A stretch of 64,000 nucleotides of DNA from Candidatus Altiarchaeota archaeon. Its GTDB lineage: Archaea > Altiarchaeota > Altiarchaeia > IMC4 > SCGC-AAA252-I15. Shown one piece after another: positions 1 through 8,344 of the stretch (its first letter is position 1; each line of letters starts with the position of its first letter). The notes beneath the pieces are model-generated. The model had not been told where the DNA came from and ran no database searches. It was given only the letters and a program-made list of their open reading frames with translations. The stretch lies in contig JBDRLL010000006.1 of assembly GCA_043813075.1 (NCBI GenBank), positions 5,043 through 69,042 of the forward strand, given 5' to 3'. The translations under genes and the position numbers were made by a program.

Positions 1-165
1 GGTGCTGAGGGCATGCGTGAGCGGCTTATCAGGATACTCGGCGGGAGCACCGGGGGTTTGACTGTGATAGGGCCAAGCAAGCTGATAAAGAACGTTAGCA
101 AGAGGCCTGACCAGATTTCCATGCTCGCGGGGGGCGATGATAAGAGGAGGAAGGGTAAGAAGTAG
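1..165 (+). CDS. oapB: DUF2073 family protein (OapB/ArvB-like), 3' part only
   Basis: Frame 1 reads GAEGMRERLIRILGGSTGGLTVIGPSKLIKNVSKRPDQISMLAGG...* (TAG 163-165). GLTVIGP is typical of the DUF2073 C-terminus, and it lies directly upstream of a DUF2072 gene. Confidence 0.75.
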   Translation, partial: GAEGMRERLIRILGGSTGGLTVIGPSKLIKNVSKRPDQISMLAGGDDKRRKGKK

Positions 166-186
166 GGGTTTGATGGGGTTTATCTT

Positions 187-567
187 ATGCCGCACAAGTG
201 CGCTAGATGCAGCAGCATCTATGAGGACGGGTCTGACGAGTTGATTAATGGTTGTGGCTGCGGTTCACGTGTTTTCCTTTATCTCAGGTCCGATTATGCT
301 GGGAGCAGGGAGGAGACCCTGAGGGTTCTCGAGGAGAAGAAGCTGAGTGACAGCGAGGTTGACTGGCTTGATGAGGAGTTCAAGGACAGGCTCGCTAGGG
401 AGGAGAGGACGATAAGCCTGGATATCGAGAACGTATTGAGGATTGATGAGGGCAAATACCGTCTTGACCTGCAGTCCCTGATGAGGGGCGAGCCGATCGT
501 GATAAAGGCCAGGGACGGGGTGTATTATATAGACATACCTTATTCCATGCGGAAGAAGAGCAGGTAG
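187..567 (+). CDS. oapC: DUF2072 Zn-ribbon protein (OapC/ArvC-like)
   Basis: MPHKCARC...LINGCGCGSRVFLY N-terminus and IENVLRIDEGKYRLDL...DGVYYID C-terminus. Confidence 0.85.
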   Translation: MPHKCARCSSIYEDGSDELINGCGCGSRVFLYLRSDYAGSREETLRVLEEKKLSDSEVDWLDEEFKDRLAREERTISLDIENVLRIDEGKYRLDLQSLMRGEPIVIKARDGVYYIDIPYSMRKKSR

Positions 568-568
568 C

Positions 569-1108
569 CTATCTTATGTAGTCTTGCGTGGCCTGCCGGT
601 CCAATTCCATTGACTCGCGGGCAACGTCGTCCGAGTATATGTGGAAGTACTTTAGGCAGTAGTATCTAGCAGCCTCCCTGCACCGGTTCACTGTCTCCAG
701 CGATTCCATGAACGTTTTTTTAGAGGGTTTCTCGTCGAGCCATATCTTGTGTATGACGTCAAAGCGTTGGGGTCTCTTTTCCCCGTCGAATTTGAGGTAT
801 ACGCTCGGCTGCGCGAGGAGGAATATGCTGTAGAACGAGTACTTGAATTCCTCGAGTTTTTTTTTGTCCAGTTTCTCGTAGGCTTCCATGAACTTGTCCG
901 AGTTGAGGGTGAGGCTGCTGCCCACCATCAGGACGTCGTTCTTGTCTTTGGGGGAGTAGACTAGCGTCTTGAGCTTGCTTTTCTCGGGATAGTTGATGAA
1001 TAGTAGGAAATGATCCCTGTCAGACTCTTTCTCGTAGTGGTTGACCCCCTCCTCATCACACCAGTCTGTTATCTGTTGCTTAAGCAGGTTGAAATCACCG
1101 GCATCCAT
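569..1108 (-). CDS. DUF2299-like hypothetical protein
   Basis: 179-aa ORF; the ITDWCDEEG...FLLFINYP...SPKDKNDVLMVGSSL pattern resembles archaeal DUF2299. Confidence 0.55.
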   Translation of the reverse strand: MDAGDFNLLKQQITDWCDEEGVNHYEKESDRDHFLLFINYPEKSKLKTLVYSPKDKNDVLMVGSSLTLNSDKFMEAYEKLDKKKLEEFKYSFYSIFLLAQPSVYLKFDGEKRPQRFDVIHKIWLDEKPSKKTFMESLETVNRCREAARYYCLKYFHIYSDDVARESMELDRQATQDYIR

Positions 1109-1145
1109 GTTATTAATTCTGCACAGTATTATAAGATTAACTGTT

Positions 1146-1832
1146 ATGATAGACGTTGTGCTGCCGGCCTACAATGAGGAGGAACATCTCAGGGATAATG
1201 CCGGAAGGCTCTACGATTATCTGACTGGGAACATTGAGGGGGAGTGGAGGCTGATAATCGCCGACAATGGTTCGACAGACGGGACGCTGGGGATAGCGAG
1301 GGCGTTAAGCAGGGAGTACGAGAGGGTAACCTGCTCCTCCATGTTGGAGAAGGGTAGGGGCAGGGCGTTACGCAAGGCGCTGTCTGAGAGCGAGGCTGAA
1401 GTCCTCGTCTACATGGACGTGGACTTGTCCACCGACTTGAAAGACCTTAACGCACTCATCTCCGAAGTTAGGGGGGGGAGTGCCGTGGCGACAGGCTCCA
1501 GGCTGATAAGCGGGTCAGACGTTAAACGCAGGTTCGTCAGGGATTTGCTATCCAAGTCCTACAACAGGCTGGCGAGGATAATAACCAGGTCGGGCGTAAA
1601 TGACCTCCAGTGCGGTTTCAAGGCATTCAACGTGCGGGAGGTCGGGAAGATTCTTCCAGAAGTGGAGGACAACAACTGGTTCTTTGACACTGAATTGCTG
1701 GTAAAAGCGGAGAGGATGGGCCTCAAAGTGTCTGAGATACCCGTCAGGTGGGTTGAGAGCGAAAAAAGCAGTGTTAATGTCAGACGAATCATCACGTATT
1801 ACATAAGGAACCTGTGGAGAATCAGGGCATAG
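1146..1832 (+). CDS. GT2 glycosyltransferase (dolichyl-phosphate hexose synthase-like)
   Basis: VVLPAYNEE, ADNGSTDGT, GRGRA, YMDVDLS, DLQCGFKAF, WFFDTELL; likely ATG at 1146. Confidence 0.9.
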   Translation: MIDVVLPAYNEEEHLRDNAGRLYDYLTGNIEGEWRLIIADNGSTDGTLGIARALSREYERVTCSSMLEKGRGRALRKALSESEAEVLVYMDVDLSTDLKDLNALISEVRGGSAVATGSRLISGSDVKRRFVRDLLSKSYNRLARIITRSGVNDLQCGFKAFNVREVGKILPEVEDNNWFFDTELLVKAERMGLKVSEIPVRWVESEKSSVNVRRIITYYIRNLWRIRA

Positions 1833-1843
1833 AATACAAGAAT

Positions 1844-1861
1844 ATTTTATATTATAAAAGA
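1844..1861. promoter_or_regulatory. 18-bp AT-rich element with palindromic core, copy 1 (upstream of purB)
   Basis: ATTTTATATTATAAAAGA, core TTTTATA-T-TATAAAA; identical copy at 7104-7121. Confidence 0.4.
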
Positions 1862-1909
1862 CTGTTTTGTGGGGGTAATATTTAACCCCAGCTAATATGT
1901 AAGTCCAAT

Positions 1910-3244
1910 ATGAGCATCCATCCTATTGAGACAAGATACGGGAGAAAGGGGGTCAAGAGTATTTTCGAGGAGGAGGTTAAGCTCCAGAAGATGCTGGACG
2001 TCGAGGCCGCACTAGCGAGAGCCCACGCAGCGGTCGGTAACATACCTGAGAAAGACGCTAGGGCGATATCAAGGAAAGCCAGTGTGAAGATAGTCAATAT
2101 TGACCGGGTCAGTGAGATAGAGAAGACCATAAGGCATGACGTCATGGCCATGGTGAAGGCCTTGAGCGAGAAGTGCGGTAACTCTGGCAGGTTCGTGCAC
2201 TATGGGGCCACAAGCAATGACATAACTGACACTGCCATGGCACTGCAGCTCAAGGAGTACGTGGTCTTCCTGGCGGACGATTTGAACAGGCTGAGGAACG
2301 TTCTGAAAAAGCAGGCTAAGAACAACATAAAGAGAGTTTGTGTGGGCAGGACCCACGGGCAGCATGCCGTGCCAACCACTTACGGCCTCAAGTTCGCGAT
2401 ATGGGCTGCTGAAGTCCAGAGGCACATAGACAGGCTGAACGACTGCAAGCAGAGGATGCTGGTCGGCCAGATGACTGGTGCCGTCGGCACTCAGGCGGCT
2501 TTCGGCAAGCATGCCGTGAAGATACAGAAGCTCACTATGGAGTATCTTGGGTTAAAGCCTGTGATGTCTTCGAACCAGGTGATACAACGGGACAGGCACG
2601 GGGAATTCCTCCTGCTACTCGCGCTCATCAGCGAGACGCTCAACAAGATATGCACTGAGGTAAGGAACCTCCAGAGGACGGAGATAAGCGAGGTGAGTGA
2701 GGGATTCAAGAACAAGCAGGTCGGGTCCTCCACGATGCCACACAAGAGAAATCCGATATACGCTGAGAGGGTTTGCGGCCTCTCTAGGGTGGTGAAGGCG
2801 AATGCTTTCGCTGGGCTGGATAACATCCCCATGTGGCATGAGAGGGATCTGACGAACTCGAGTTGCGAGAGGATTATAATACCTGAGTCCTGCATACTCA
2901 CAGACTACATACTGAACCTCACGATAGACGTCCTCGATAACCTGGTCTTCAACGACGAAGCCATACAGAGGAATCTGAGGATGACTGACGGGAGGATAAT
3001 GGCTGAGGCGGTCATGATAAGCCTTACAGAGCGGGGTGTTGGCAGGCAGGATGCTCACGAGCTCACCAGGGAATGCGCTATGGAGAGCTTCGAGAAGAAC
3101 AAGCCGTTCAGGGACGTGCTATTGAAGAACAAGGATGTTAAGAGGCTGATAACGCCCGATGAGCTGGATGCGATACTTGAGCCGTCCAACTACATCGGAA
3201 CGTCCATCCATCAGGTCGAGAGGATGCTTAAGGAGTTAAACTAG
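1910..3244 (+). CDS. purB: adenylosuccinate lyase
   Basis: RHDVMA, HYGATSND, GRTHGQHAVPTT and the fumarate-lyase signature GSSTMPHKRNP. Confidence 0.97.
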   Translation: MSIHPIETRYGRKGVKSIFEEEVKLQKMLDVEAALARAHAAVGNIPEKDARAISRKASVKIVNIDRVSEIEKTIRHDVMAMVKALSEKCGNSGRFVHYGATSNDITDTAMALQLKEYVVFLADDLNRLRNVLKKQAKNNIKRVCVGRTHGQHAVPTTYGLKFAIWAAEVQRHIDRLNDCKQRMLVGQMTGAVGTQAAFGKHAVKIQKLTMEYLGLKPVMSSNQVIQRDRHGEFLLLLALISETLNKICTEVRNLQRTEISEVSEGFKNKQVGSSTMPHKRNPIYAERVCGLSRVVKANAFAGLDNIPMWHERDLTNSSCERIIIPESCILTDYILNLTIDVLDNLVFNDEAIQRNLRMTDGRIMAEAVMISLTERGVGRQDAHELTRECAMESFEKNKPFRDVLLKNKDVKRLITPDELDAILEPSNYIGTSIHQVERMLKELN

Positions 3245-4165
3245 TAGCATCCTGTTTCCAACAAGCACAGCCTTTACTGCGTCACCCTGCGACACACCAT
3301 CCCTTTGGGGGACGTTGTATATCTCATAGGTTTCTGAGTCCATCACCTGCATTCCATCAGGCTTCAGCGCGTTCACCAGCACACTCCTGAATTCATCCTT
3401 TCTCGCGTAGGCGGGAACATGCTCCAGGTCCCTGAGCTTGATCGACCTGTTCTTGCCTGAGACTATGTCGGTGAACTTGACGTCCCTCGCTATCTCCCTG
3501 ACCTTCAAGTAGCGTCCATCATACTCTATGACATCGCCAATACCGAAGTCGGTGCCCTTGACGGCGTAGTAGACTCTGTAGAGATTACGGCCGTTCTTCG
3601 TGCCGATAAGCTTTGACGAGGTTTTGACGAAATACCCTTTCTTGCGTATCTCGTATGCAGCGAGCTTCGCGTATTCCCTGGACATCATGTAGTAGTCCAG
3701 GCCTCCCTTCACTTTCACCACCTTAGCCACCTTGGTTTCATCGAGAGCATAGTCCAAGTCTTCCACGCGGACTTGCATGATGGCCTCGTAGTATCCGCCC
3801 GCTATCTTGGAGCATTCCTCGCACGCGAAGAAGACTGGCCTCAGCTTGAAGTTCCAGTCCTTCTTGAATCTGCTGCCGTTGTATGTGCCGTACACTTCAA
3901 CAGCTATCTTGACCAGCTTGTCTCCTTCAATGGACTTTACCTTGACCCGGATCACTTCGACACCGGGTGGCGGCACCAGGTCCTCGGGGAGGTATTCCTT
4001 TATTATGTCCTTTAGGGATTCGTAGACTTCCCCCTTGAAGAAGTGCTTGCCGCACTTGCATATCTCTATCTCTCTTTTCCTAAGCCCGAAGGGGTATTTG
4101 TCTGCAAAACAGTCCAAGCACACTCCAATCGAAGGCCTCCCGCACTGGGGGCATTTAGAAGCCAT
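3236..4165 (-). CDS. nmd3: NMD3-family ribosome biogenesis protein
   Basis: Starts MASKCPQCG...CLDC, then CKCG and CEECSKIAGGYYEAIMQVR; likely ATG at 4165. Confidence 0.9.
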   Translation of the reverse strand: MASKCPQCGRPSIGVCLDCFADKYPFGLRKREIEICKCGKHFFKGEVYESLKDIIKEYLPEDLVPPPGVEVIRVKVKSIEGDKLVKIAVEVYGTYNGSRFKKDWNFKLRPVFFACEECSKIAGGYYEAIMQVRVEDLDYALDETKVAKVVKVKGGLDYYMMSREYAKLAAYEIRKKGYFVKTSSKLIGTKNGRNLYRVYYAVKGTDFGIGDVIEYDGRYLKVREIARDVKFTDIVSGKNRSIKLRDLEHVPAYARKDEFRSVLVNALKPDGMQVMDSETYEIYNVPQRDGVSQGDAVKAVLVGNRMLLV

Positions 4166-4202
4166 TATGGTATTTATATACAATACTCCTATTTTATCTA
4201 CC

Positions 4203-4358
4203 ATGGCGAGGAACAAGGAGCAGGATAAGAAGGAGACGCTTGTTAAAGCCAACAGAGTGAGGAAGAGGGCTCCAATCTGGGTTTTCCTGAAGACCAAGCG
4301 GAAGGTCAGGGACAGCCCGAAGAGCAGGCGAAACTGGAGAAGAGACAAATTATTCTGA
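4203..4358 (+). CDS. rpl39e: 50S ribosomal protein L39e
   Basis: MARNK...KANRVRKRAPIWVFLKTKRKV...RRNWRRDKL. Confidence 0.95.
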   Translation: MARNKEQDKKETLVKANRVRKRAPIWVFLKTKRKVRDSPKSRRNWRRDKLF

Positions 4359-4367
4359 TAATACTGT

Positions 4368-5324
4368 TTAGACCATCGTTTTCTCTAGGAAATTGAAGAC
4401 ATATCCTATGAGTATTATGCCGCCTGCCACCAGCCCGAAGAATGCTATTATCAGGCGTATCTTCATGGCCCTCCGGAGTATGACTGCTTCCGGAAGGCTT
4501 AATGCCGCAGTCGCCATCATGAACGCGAGCGCCGTGCCTAGGGGCATTCCCTTCTGGAATAGGACCAATGCTATGGGGACTACTGCACTGCAGTTAGCGT
4601 AGATGGGTATGCCGATCAATGCGGCGATTGGCACTGAGAACACGCCGGTCGCGCTTATCGCAGACTCTATGGCCTCCGCCGGTATGAACCCGTGTATGAC
4701 CGCGCCTATGCCCACGCCAACCATCACCCAGAGCCAGAGTTTCCTCACTATCGAGGATGCCTCGCTCATGCCGTAAGCCATGCGGTCTCTGAATCGAGGG
4801 TGGAGTTTCTCGGCCTTATCATCGGTCGACTTCATGTCCGACTCTATCTCGGATTCAAGGTGCATTGAGTTCACAAGGATCCCGGACATGACCCCCAACG
4901 CCATCCCGAATAGCACGTATGCCGCGGTTATCCTCCATCCGAAGAACCCCAGCATTAAAACCGTCAAGTACTCGTTGATGAGGGGTGAGGTCACGAGGAA
5001 TGAGAATGAAGGCCCGATGGGGACGCCAGCCTTCAGGAAGCTTATGAAGATGGGTATTGAGGAGCAGGAGCAGAAGGGCGTCAAAGCACCGAAGGCTGAT
5101 GCCATCACGTAGCCTGCGCCATAACGGCTTCTTGAAAGCCACACCTTAATCTTATTTTGGGGTATGTAGGTCCTCAACACGCCTATGAACGCTATCATGA
5201 GGTATAGTAGTAGCAGTATCTTTACGGTGTCGTAGAGGAAGAAGTGGCACGCCTTCCCGAATGCCGTGTCTTCTGACAGCCCTAGGAAGCCGTACACCAC
5301 GAGGTCGCATAACCATTCTATCAT
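4368..5324 (-). CDS. arsP: ArsP/DUF318-family permease
   Basis: GALTPFCSCSSIPIF, SFLVTSPLINE, GIPIYANC, GTALAFMM..ALSLPE; divergent from an ArsR gene. Confidence 0.9.
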   Translation of the reverse strand: MIEWLCDLVVYGFLGLSEDTAFGKACHFFLYDTVKILLLLYLMIAFIGVLRTYIPQNKIKVWLSRSRYGAGYVMASAFGALTPFCSCSSIPIFISFLKAGVPIGPSFSFLVTSPLINEYLTVLMLGFFGWRITAAYVLFGMALGVMSGILVNSMHLESEIESDMKSTDDKAEKLHPRFRDRMAYGMSEASSIVRKLWLWVMVGVGIGAVIHGFIPAEAIESAISATGVFSVPIAALIGIPIYANCSAVVPIALVLFQKGMPLGTALAFMMATAALSLPEAVILRRAMKIRLIIAFFGLVAGGIILIGYVFNFLEKTMV

Positions 5325-5446
5325 CAGTCACAGCAGCCGCAGCCGCCCCCGGACTTACAGCAGGAACCCTTCTTCTTGGACTTGTCCTTCATCTTACCGT
5401 CAATCTTGTCTAAAATCCTCCCGAAAAAGCCTTTTTTATCCGCCAT
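5324..5446 (-). CDS. 40-aa Lys-rich peptide with Cys-rich tail (putative metal/metalloid-binding); not in the ORF track
   Basis: MADKKGFFGRILDKIDGKMKDKSKKKGSCCKSGGGCGCCD*; its TGA overlaps the permease ATG (TGATG). Confidence 0.75.
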   Translation of the reverse strand: MADKKGFFGRILDKIDGKMKDKSKKKGSCCKSGGGCGCCD

Positions 5447-5459
5447 GCATATCACCAAA

Positions 5460-5487
5460 AATCATATAATGAAATTCGAATATGATT
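5460..5487. promoter_or_regulatory. putative ArsR operator (inverted repeat)
   Basis: AATCATAT-N12-ATATGATT between the divergent peptide/arsP and arsR genes. Confidence 0.55.
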
Positions 5488-5523
5488 ATATGTATTTATT
5501 GAATAAAAACTGATTAGTAACCG

Positions 5524-5853
5524 ATGGCTGTGAGTGAGAATGAGAAATGCAGGTGCCTGAAGGAGGTCCCAAAACTCAGCAGGATTCTTTTTTCCGCCAG
5601 AGAACTCGAATCTAAGACCAGGCTTATGAGGCTCTTGTCGCATCCGACTAGGATGCAGGTCCTCAGGATACTATCCGAGAAAGACGTCTGCGTGTGCGTA
5701 CTATGCAGGCTATTGAAGAAAAGCCAGCCGAACATAAGCCAGCACCTGTCAAAGCTGAAGGACAACGGGATAGTGGGATGCTATCAGAGGGGGAAACTAG
5801 TATACTACAGGATCAGCGACCCTGATGTAAAGGCGACAGTAAAGCGGATCTAG
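5524..5853 (+). CDS. arsR: ArsR/SmtB-family transcriptional regulator
   Basis: LSHPTRMQVL, DVCVCVL (ELCVCDL-like metalloid site), SQPNISQHLSKLK, GKLVYYRI. Confidence 0.92.
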   Translation: MAVSENEKCRCLKEVPKLSRILFSARELESKTRLMRLLSHPTRMQVLRILSEKDVCVCVLCRLLKKSQPNISQHLSKLKDNGIVGCYQRGKLVYYRISDPDVKATVKRI

Positions 5854-6770
5854 TCGCCCCAATACGGGTTCTTTATGTACATGTAGGCTTTAAGCCCTGC
5901 AGTGCATCCTTCCCCGACTGCTGTGGCTATCTGCGGTATGCCGCCGGTCACGTCGCCTGCGGCGAATACGCCGGGAATGTTCGTCCTCATGTCCCTGCCC
6001 ACCTGGATGAACCCCTTATCATCCAACTGGACTCCAGCCTTCTTAGCCAGCTGCGTGGAAGGAACGTTACCTATGGATATGAATATTCCATTAACCTTCA
6101 GCGATGACGCTTCCCCAGACTGGTTGCTCTTTATCCTGAGTTCGCTGACAAAAGCATCGCCAGATATCTCCTCTATGGCAGAATCCAGTATGACTTCAAC
6201 CCCGCTCTTCTTAAGGTCTTCCTGCAGGGTCTCCTCAGCCCGGAGCTCACCGCGCCTGTGCACCAGGTAAGTCTTATCCGCGACGCCATTCAGGTATAAA
6301 GCATCCTCCACAGCAGCATTCCCTCCGCCGATGACTGCAACAGACTTGCCCTTGAAAAGCGGGCCATCGCATGTGGCACAGTAGCTGACGCCCTTGCCCA
6401 CGAACTTCTGCTCGCCCTTCGCCTGCAGCTTACGGTGCTGGCCGCCAGTGGCGATTACGACAGTCTTGCACTTAATCCCTTTAGAGCGGGTCTTGACAGT
6501 CTTCACGTCACCGTCCAGCGCAAGGTCTATCACCTCGTCATTCAGGAATTCCACTCCAAGGCTCCTGCAGTGGTCCTCCATTTGGGCGGACAATTCCGGG
6601 CCTGGAACGCTTTTAACGCCAGGCCAGTTGCACACCTCAGTAGTGACCTGCATCTGCCCGCCGCACAAGCCCCTTTCAATGATTATCGTCTTGAGGCTCC
6701 GCCTTATCGCGTATATTCCAGCAGTCATGCCAGCAGGACCGCCACCAATGATAACGACGTCATAATCCAT
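5850..6770 (-). CDS. trxB: thioredoxin-disulfide reductase
   Basis: GGGPAG FAD motif, GVSYCATCDG, GGGNAA, FAAGDV; likely ATG at 6770. Confidence 0.95.
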   Translation of the reverse strand: MDYDVVIIGGGPAGMTAGIYAIRRSLKTIIIERGLCGGQMQVTTEVCNWPGVKSVPGPELSAQMEDHCRSLGVEFLNDEVIDLALDGDVKTVKTRSKGIKCKTVVIATGGQHRKLQAKGEQKFVGKGVSYCATCDGPLFKGKSVAVIGGGNAAVEDALYLNGVADKTYLVHRRGELRAEETLQEDLKKSGVEVILDSAIEEISGDAFVSELRIKSNQSGEASSLKVNGIFISIGNVPSTQLAKKAGVQLDDKGFIQVGRDMRTNIPGVFAAGDVTGGIPQIATAVGEGCTAGLKAYMYIKNPYWGD

Positions 6771-6828
6771 GATTTTGAGATATATCCTGTGAATCATGGT
6801 TTAAATTTGCATTATGCGAATGCGGCCG

Positions 6829-7062
6829 CTATTCGGGAGAGGAGTATATCGACTCGGATATCACCTTCTTAATGTCGTTGAATCGCTTGGTGAATTTGAC
6901 GTCAGGACTCCTCGGCCTGCTGAGTTCAATTGCGTGTTCCCCCATTATCCTCCCGTCCTTGAGGACTAGGGCCCTGTCCGCCAGGAATACGGCCTCGTCT
7001 ATCGAGTGTAGGATTAGCCACTCTGTTTCATGCTGATTAATGAAGACATTGCGGACTCCCAC
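6829..7062 (-). pseudogene. C-terminal fragment of a NitT/TauT-type ABC ATPase
   Basis: HSIDEAVFLADRALVL...IELSRPR (H-loop onward). No Walker A/B or signature motif, and no permease nearby. Confidence 0.7.
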
Positions 7063-7089
7063 AGAAAATACTTCAACTATCTGTGGGAG
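7056..7089. repeat. 10-bp perfect inverted repeat (hairpin)
   Basis: CTCCCACAGA-N14-TCTGTGGGAG. Confidence 0.6.
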
Positions 7090-7103
7090 ATGGCTAAAAA
7101 ATA

Positions 7104-7121
7104 ATTTTATATTATAAAAGA
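7104..7121. promoter_or_regulatory. 18-bp AT-rich element with palindromic core, copy 2
   Basis: ATTTTATATTATAAAAGA, identical to 1844-1861. Confidence 0.4.
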
Positions 7122-7146
7122 ATAGTTTTTATTATATAAATTATGT

Positions 7147-7563
7147 TTATATTTTACGTATTTCTATTGTTACAGGCAGCCCGCAAGCAAGCTTCTCGAC
7201 CAGCCCACGGCCCAAGTCTAGGGCAGCCTTGTCCGCGTTCACTGCGAGAGTGCGCGAACAGACGTACTCGCTCTTGCGCAATACAGCGTCGGTGGGGTGG
7301 GTGAAGGAGAGTCCAGGATGCCCGTATGCTGTGACCGTGTCTGAGATGCCGCCACACGTTATCTTGATTTTGATTTTCGTGCCAGGGTTTCGAAGCACTT
7401 CAAGTAGTTCAGGCTTAAGGTCGCCAAGTGACTTGTCAGCGCCCACAGCGATGATACAATCACCGCGCGGCGTTAGGTGAGTCTCCTTTGTGAATTCCAG
7501 CGTGGTCTTGTGGGTTGAAAGCACGTTAGGGTGTCCGCGCGCGGCGACAACATCCCTAATCAC
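7147..7563 (-). CDS. DUF371 family protein
   Basis: ARGHPNVLSTHKTTLEFTKETHLTPRGDCIIAV...VLRKS...RTLAVNADKAA. Confidence 0.9.
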   Translation of the reverse strand: MIRDVVAARGHPNVLSTHKTTLEFTKETHLTPRGDCIIAVGADKSLGDLKPELLEVLRNPGTKIKIKITCGGISDTVTAYGHPGLSFTHPTDAVLRKSEYVCSRTLAVNADKAALDLGRGLVEKLACGLPVTIEIRKI

Positions 7564-8308
7564 CTGACCTCACCTTCCGTAGGACTTCATTATACTCTGC
7601 CTTAACGCCTTGCTTGGTGAAGTAGTTGACTATGTTGGCGACGTCGCGCTCCACGAACTCTTCGGCGAGCGGGTGCTCTAGCAGTACTCCCGTACTGAAG
7701 TCTATGACCACAGGCCTGCCCCAGTCGAGAAGGTTGTATTCGCTCAGGTCGCCGTGGACTAGGCCTCGTGAATACATCTTCCGCATGTAGTCCAGAGTCC
7801 TGTTGAAGTATCCTGTAGGGTCTTTGAGGGCGGAGTCCTTGAGTCTTGGGGCTGGTATGCCGTCGTCGCCTATGAACTGCATCACCAGGACGTTGTTCAT
7901 CACCGCTATCGGCTTGGGGCATTCCACTTCACCGGATATCCTGGAGAGGTTGCTGTACTCCTTCTGCGCCCACGTGTTGACCAGCTGCCTCTTGTTCTTC
8001 CAGGACGTGAATCGTGGGTCGCCGCGGATGTACTTCCCCATGTTCTTGAAGTCGCTGGTCTCATATGCGTATATCTTCAACGCAACCGATTCCCCATCCC
8101 TTAAGCCATGGTAGACGTTAGCCTCCTTGCCCTGCGACACGAGGCTCTTGATTTCCGTGAACGCTCCCTTCCGCGATAGTTTGCTGAGCGTCAGGAGGGT
8201 TGCGTTGTCGAAGACCCTCTCGCTTATCTTCCTCCTGCTGTGTCTGCCGGATATCCGCCCGTCAACCTCGGTCTTGGATAGCTTGTCGTAGACTTCGTCT
8301 TCCTTCAT
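7556..8308 (-). CDS. rio1: RIO1-family serine/threonine kinase
   Basis: SQGKEANVY, ALKIY, WAQKEYSNL, VHGDLSEYNLL, VIDF. Confidence 0.95.
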   Translation of the reverse strand: MKEDEVYDKLSKTEVDGRISGRHSRRKISERVFDNATLLTLSKLSRKGAFTEIKSLVSQGKEANVYHGLRDGESVALKIYAYETSDFKNMGKYIRGDPRFTSWKNKRQLVNTWAQKEYSNLSRISGEVECPKPIAVMNNVLVMQFIGDDGIPAPRLKDSALKDPTGYFNRTLDYMRKMYSRGLVHGDLSEYNLLDWGRPVVIDFSTGVLLEHPLAEEFVERDVANIVNYFTKQGVKAEYNEVLRKVRSGD

Positions 8309-8344
8309 GATGTAGATATATACGGTGAAACAGGATATTTTAAC

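Noticed and set aside
1471-1478. G8 tract in a GT2 gene (also T9 at 857-865 and G7 in rrp4) as contingency loci
   Set aside because: The genes are in frame, the tracts are short, and similar runs occur in housekeeping genes.
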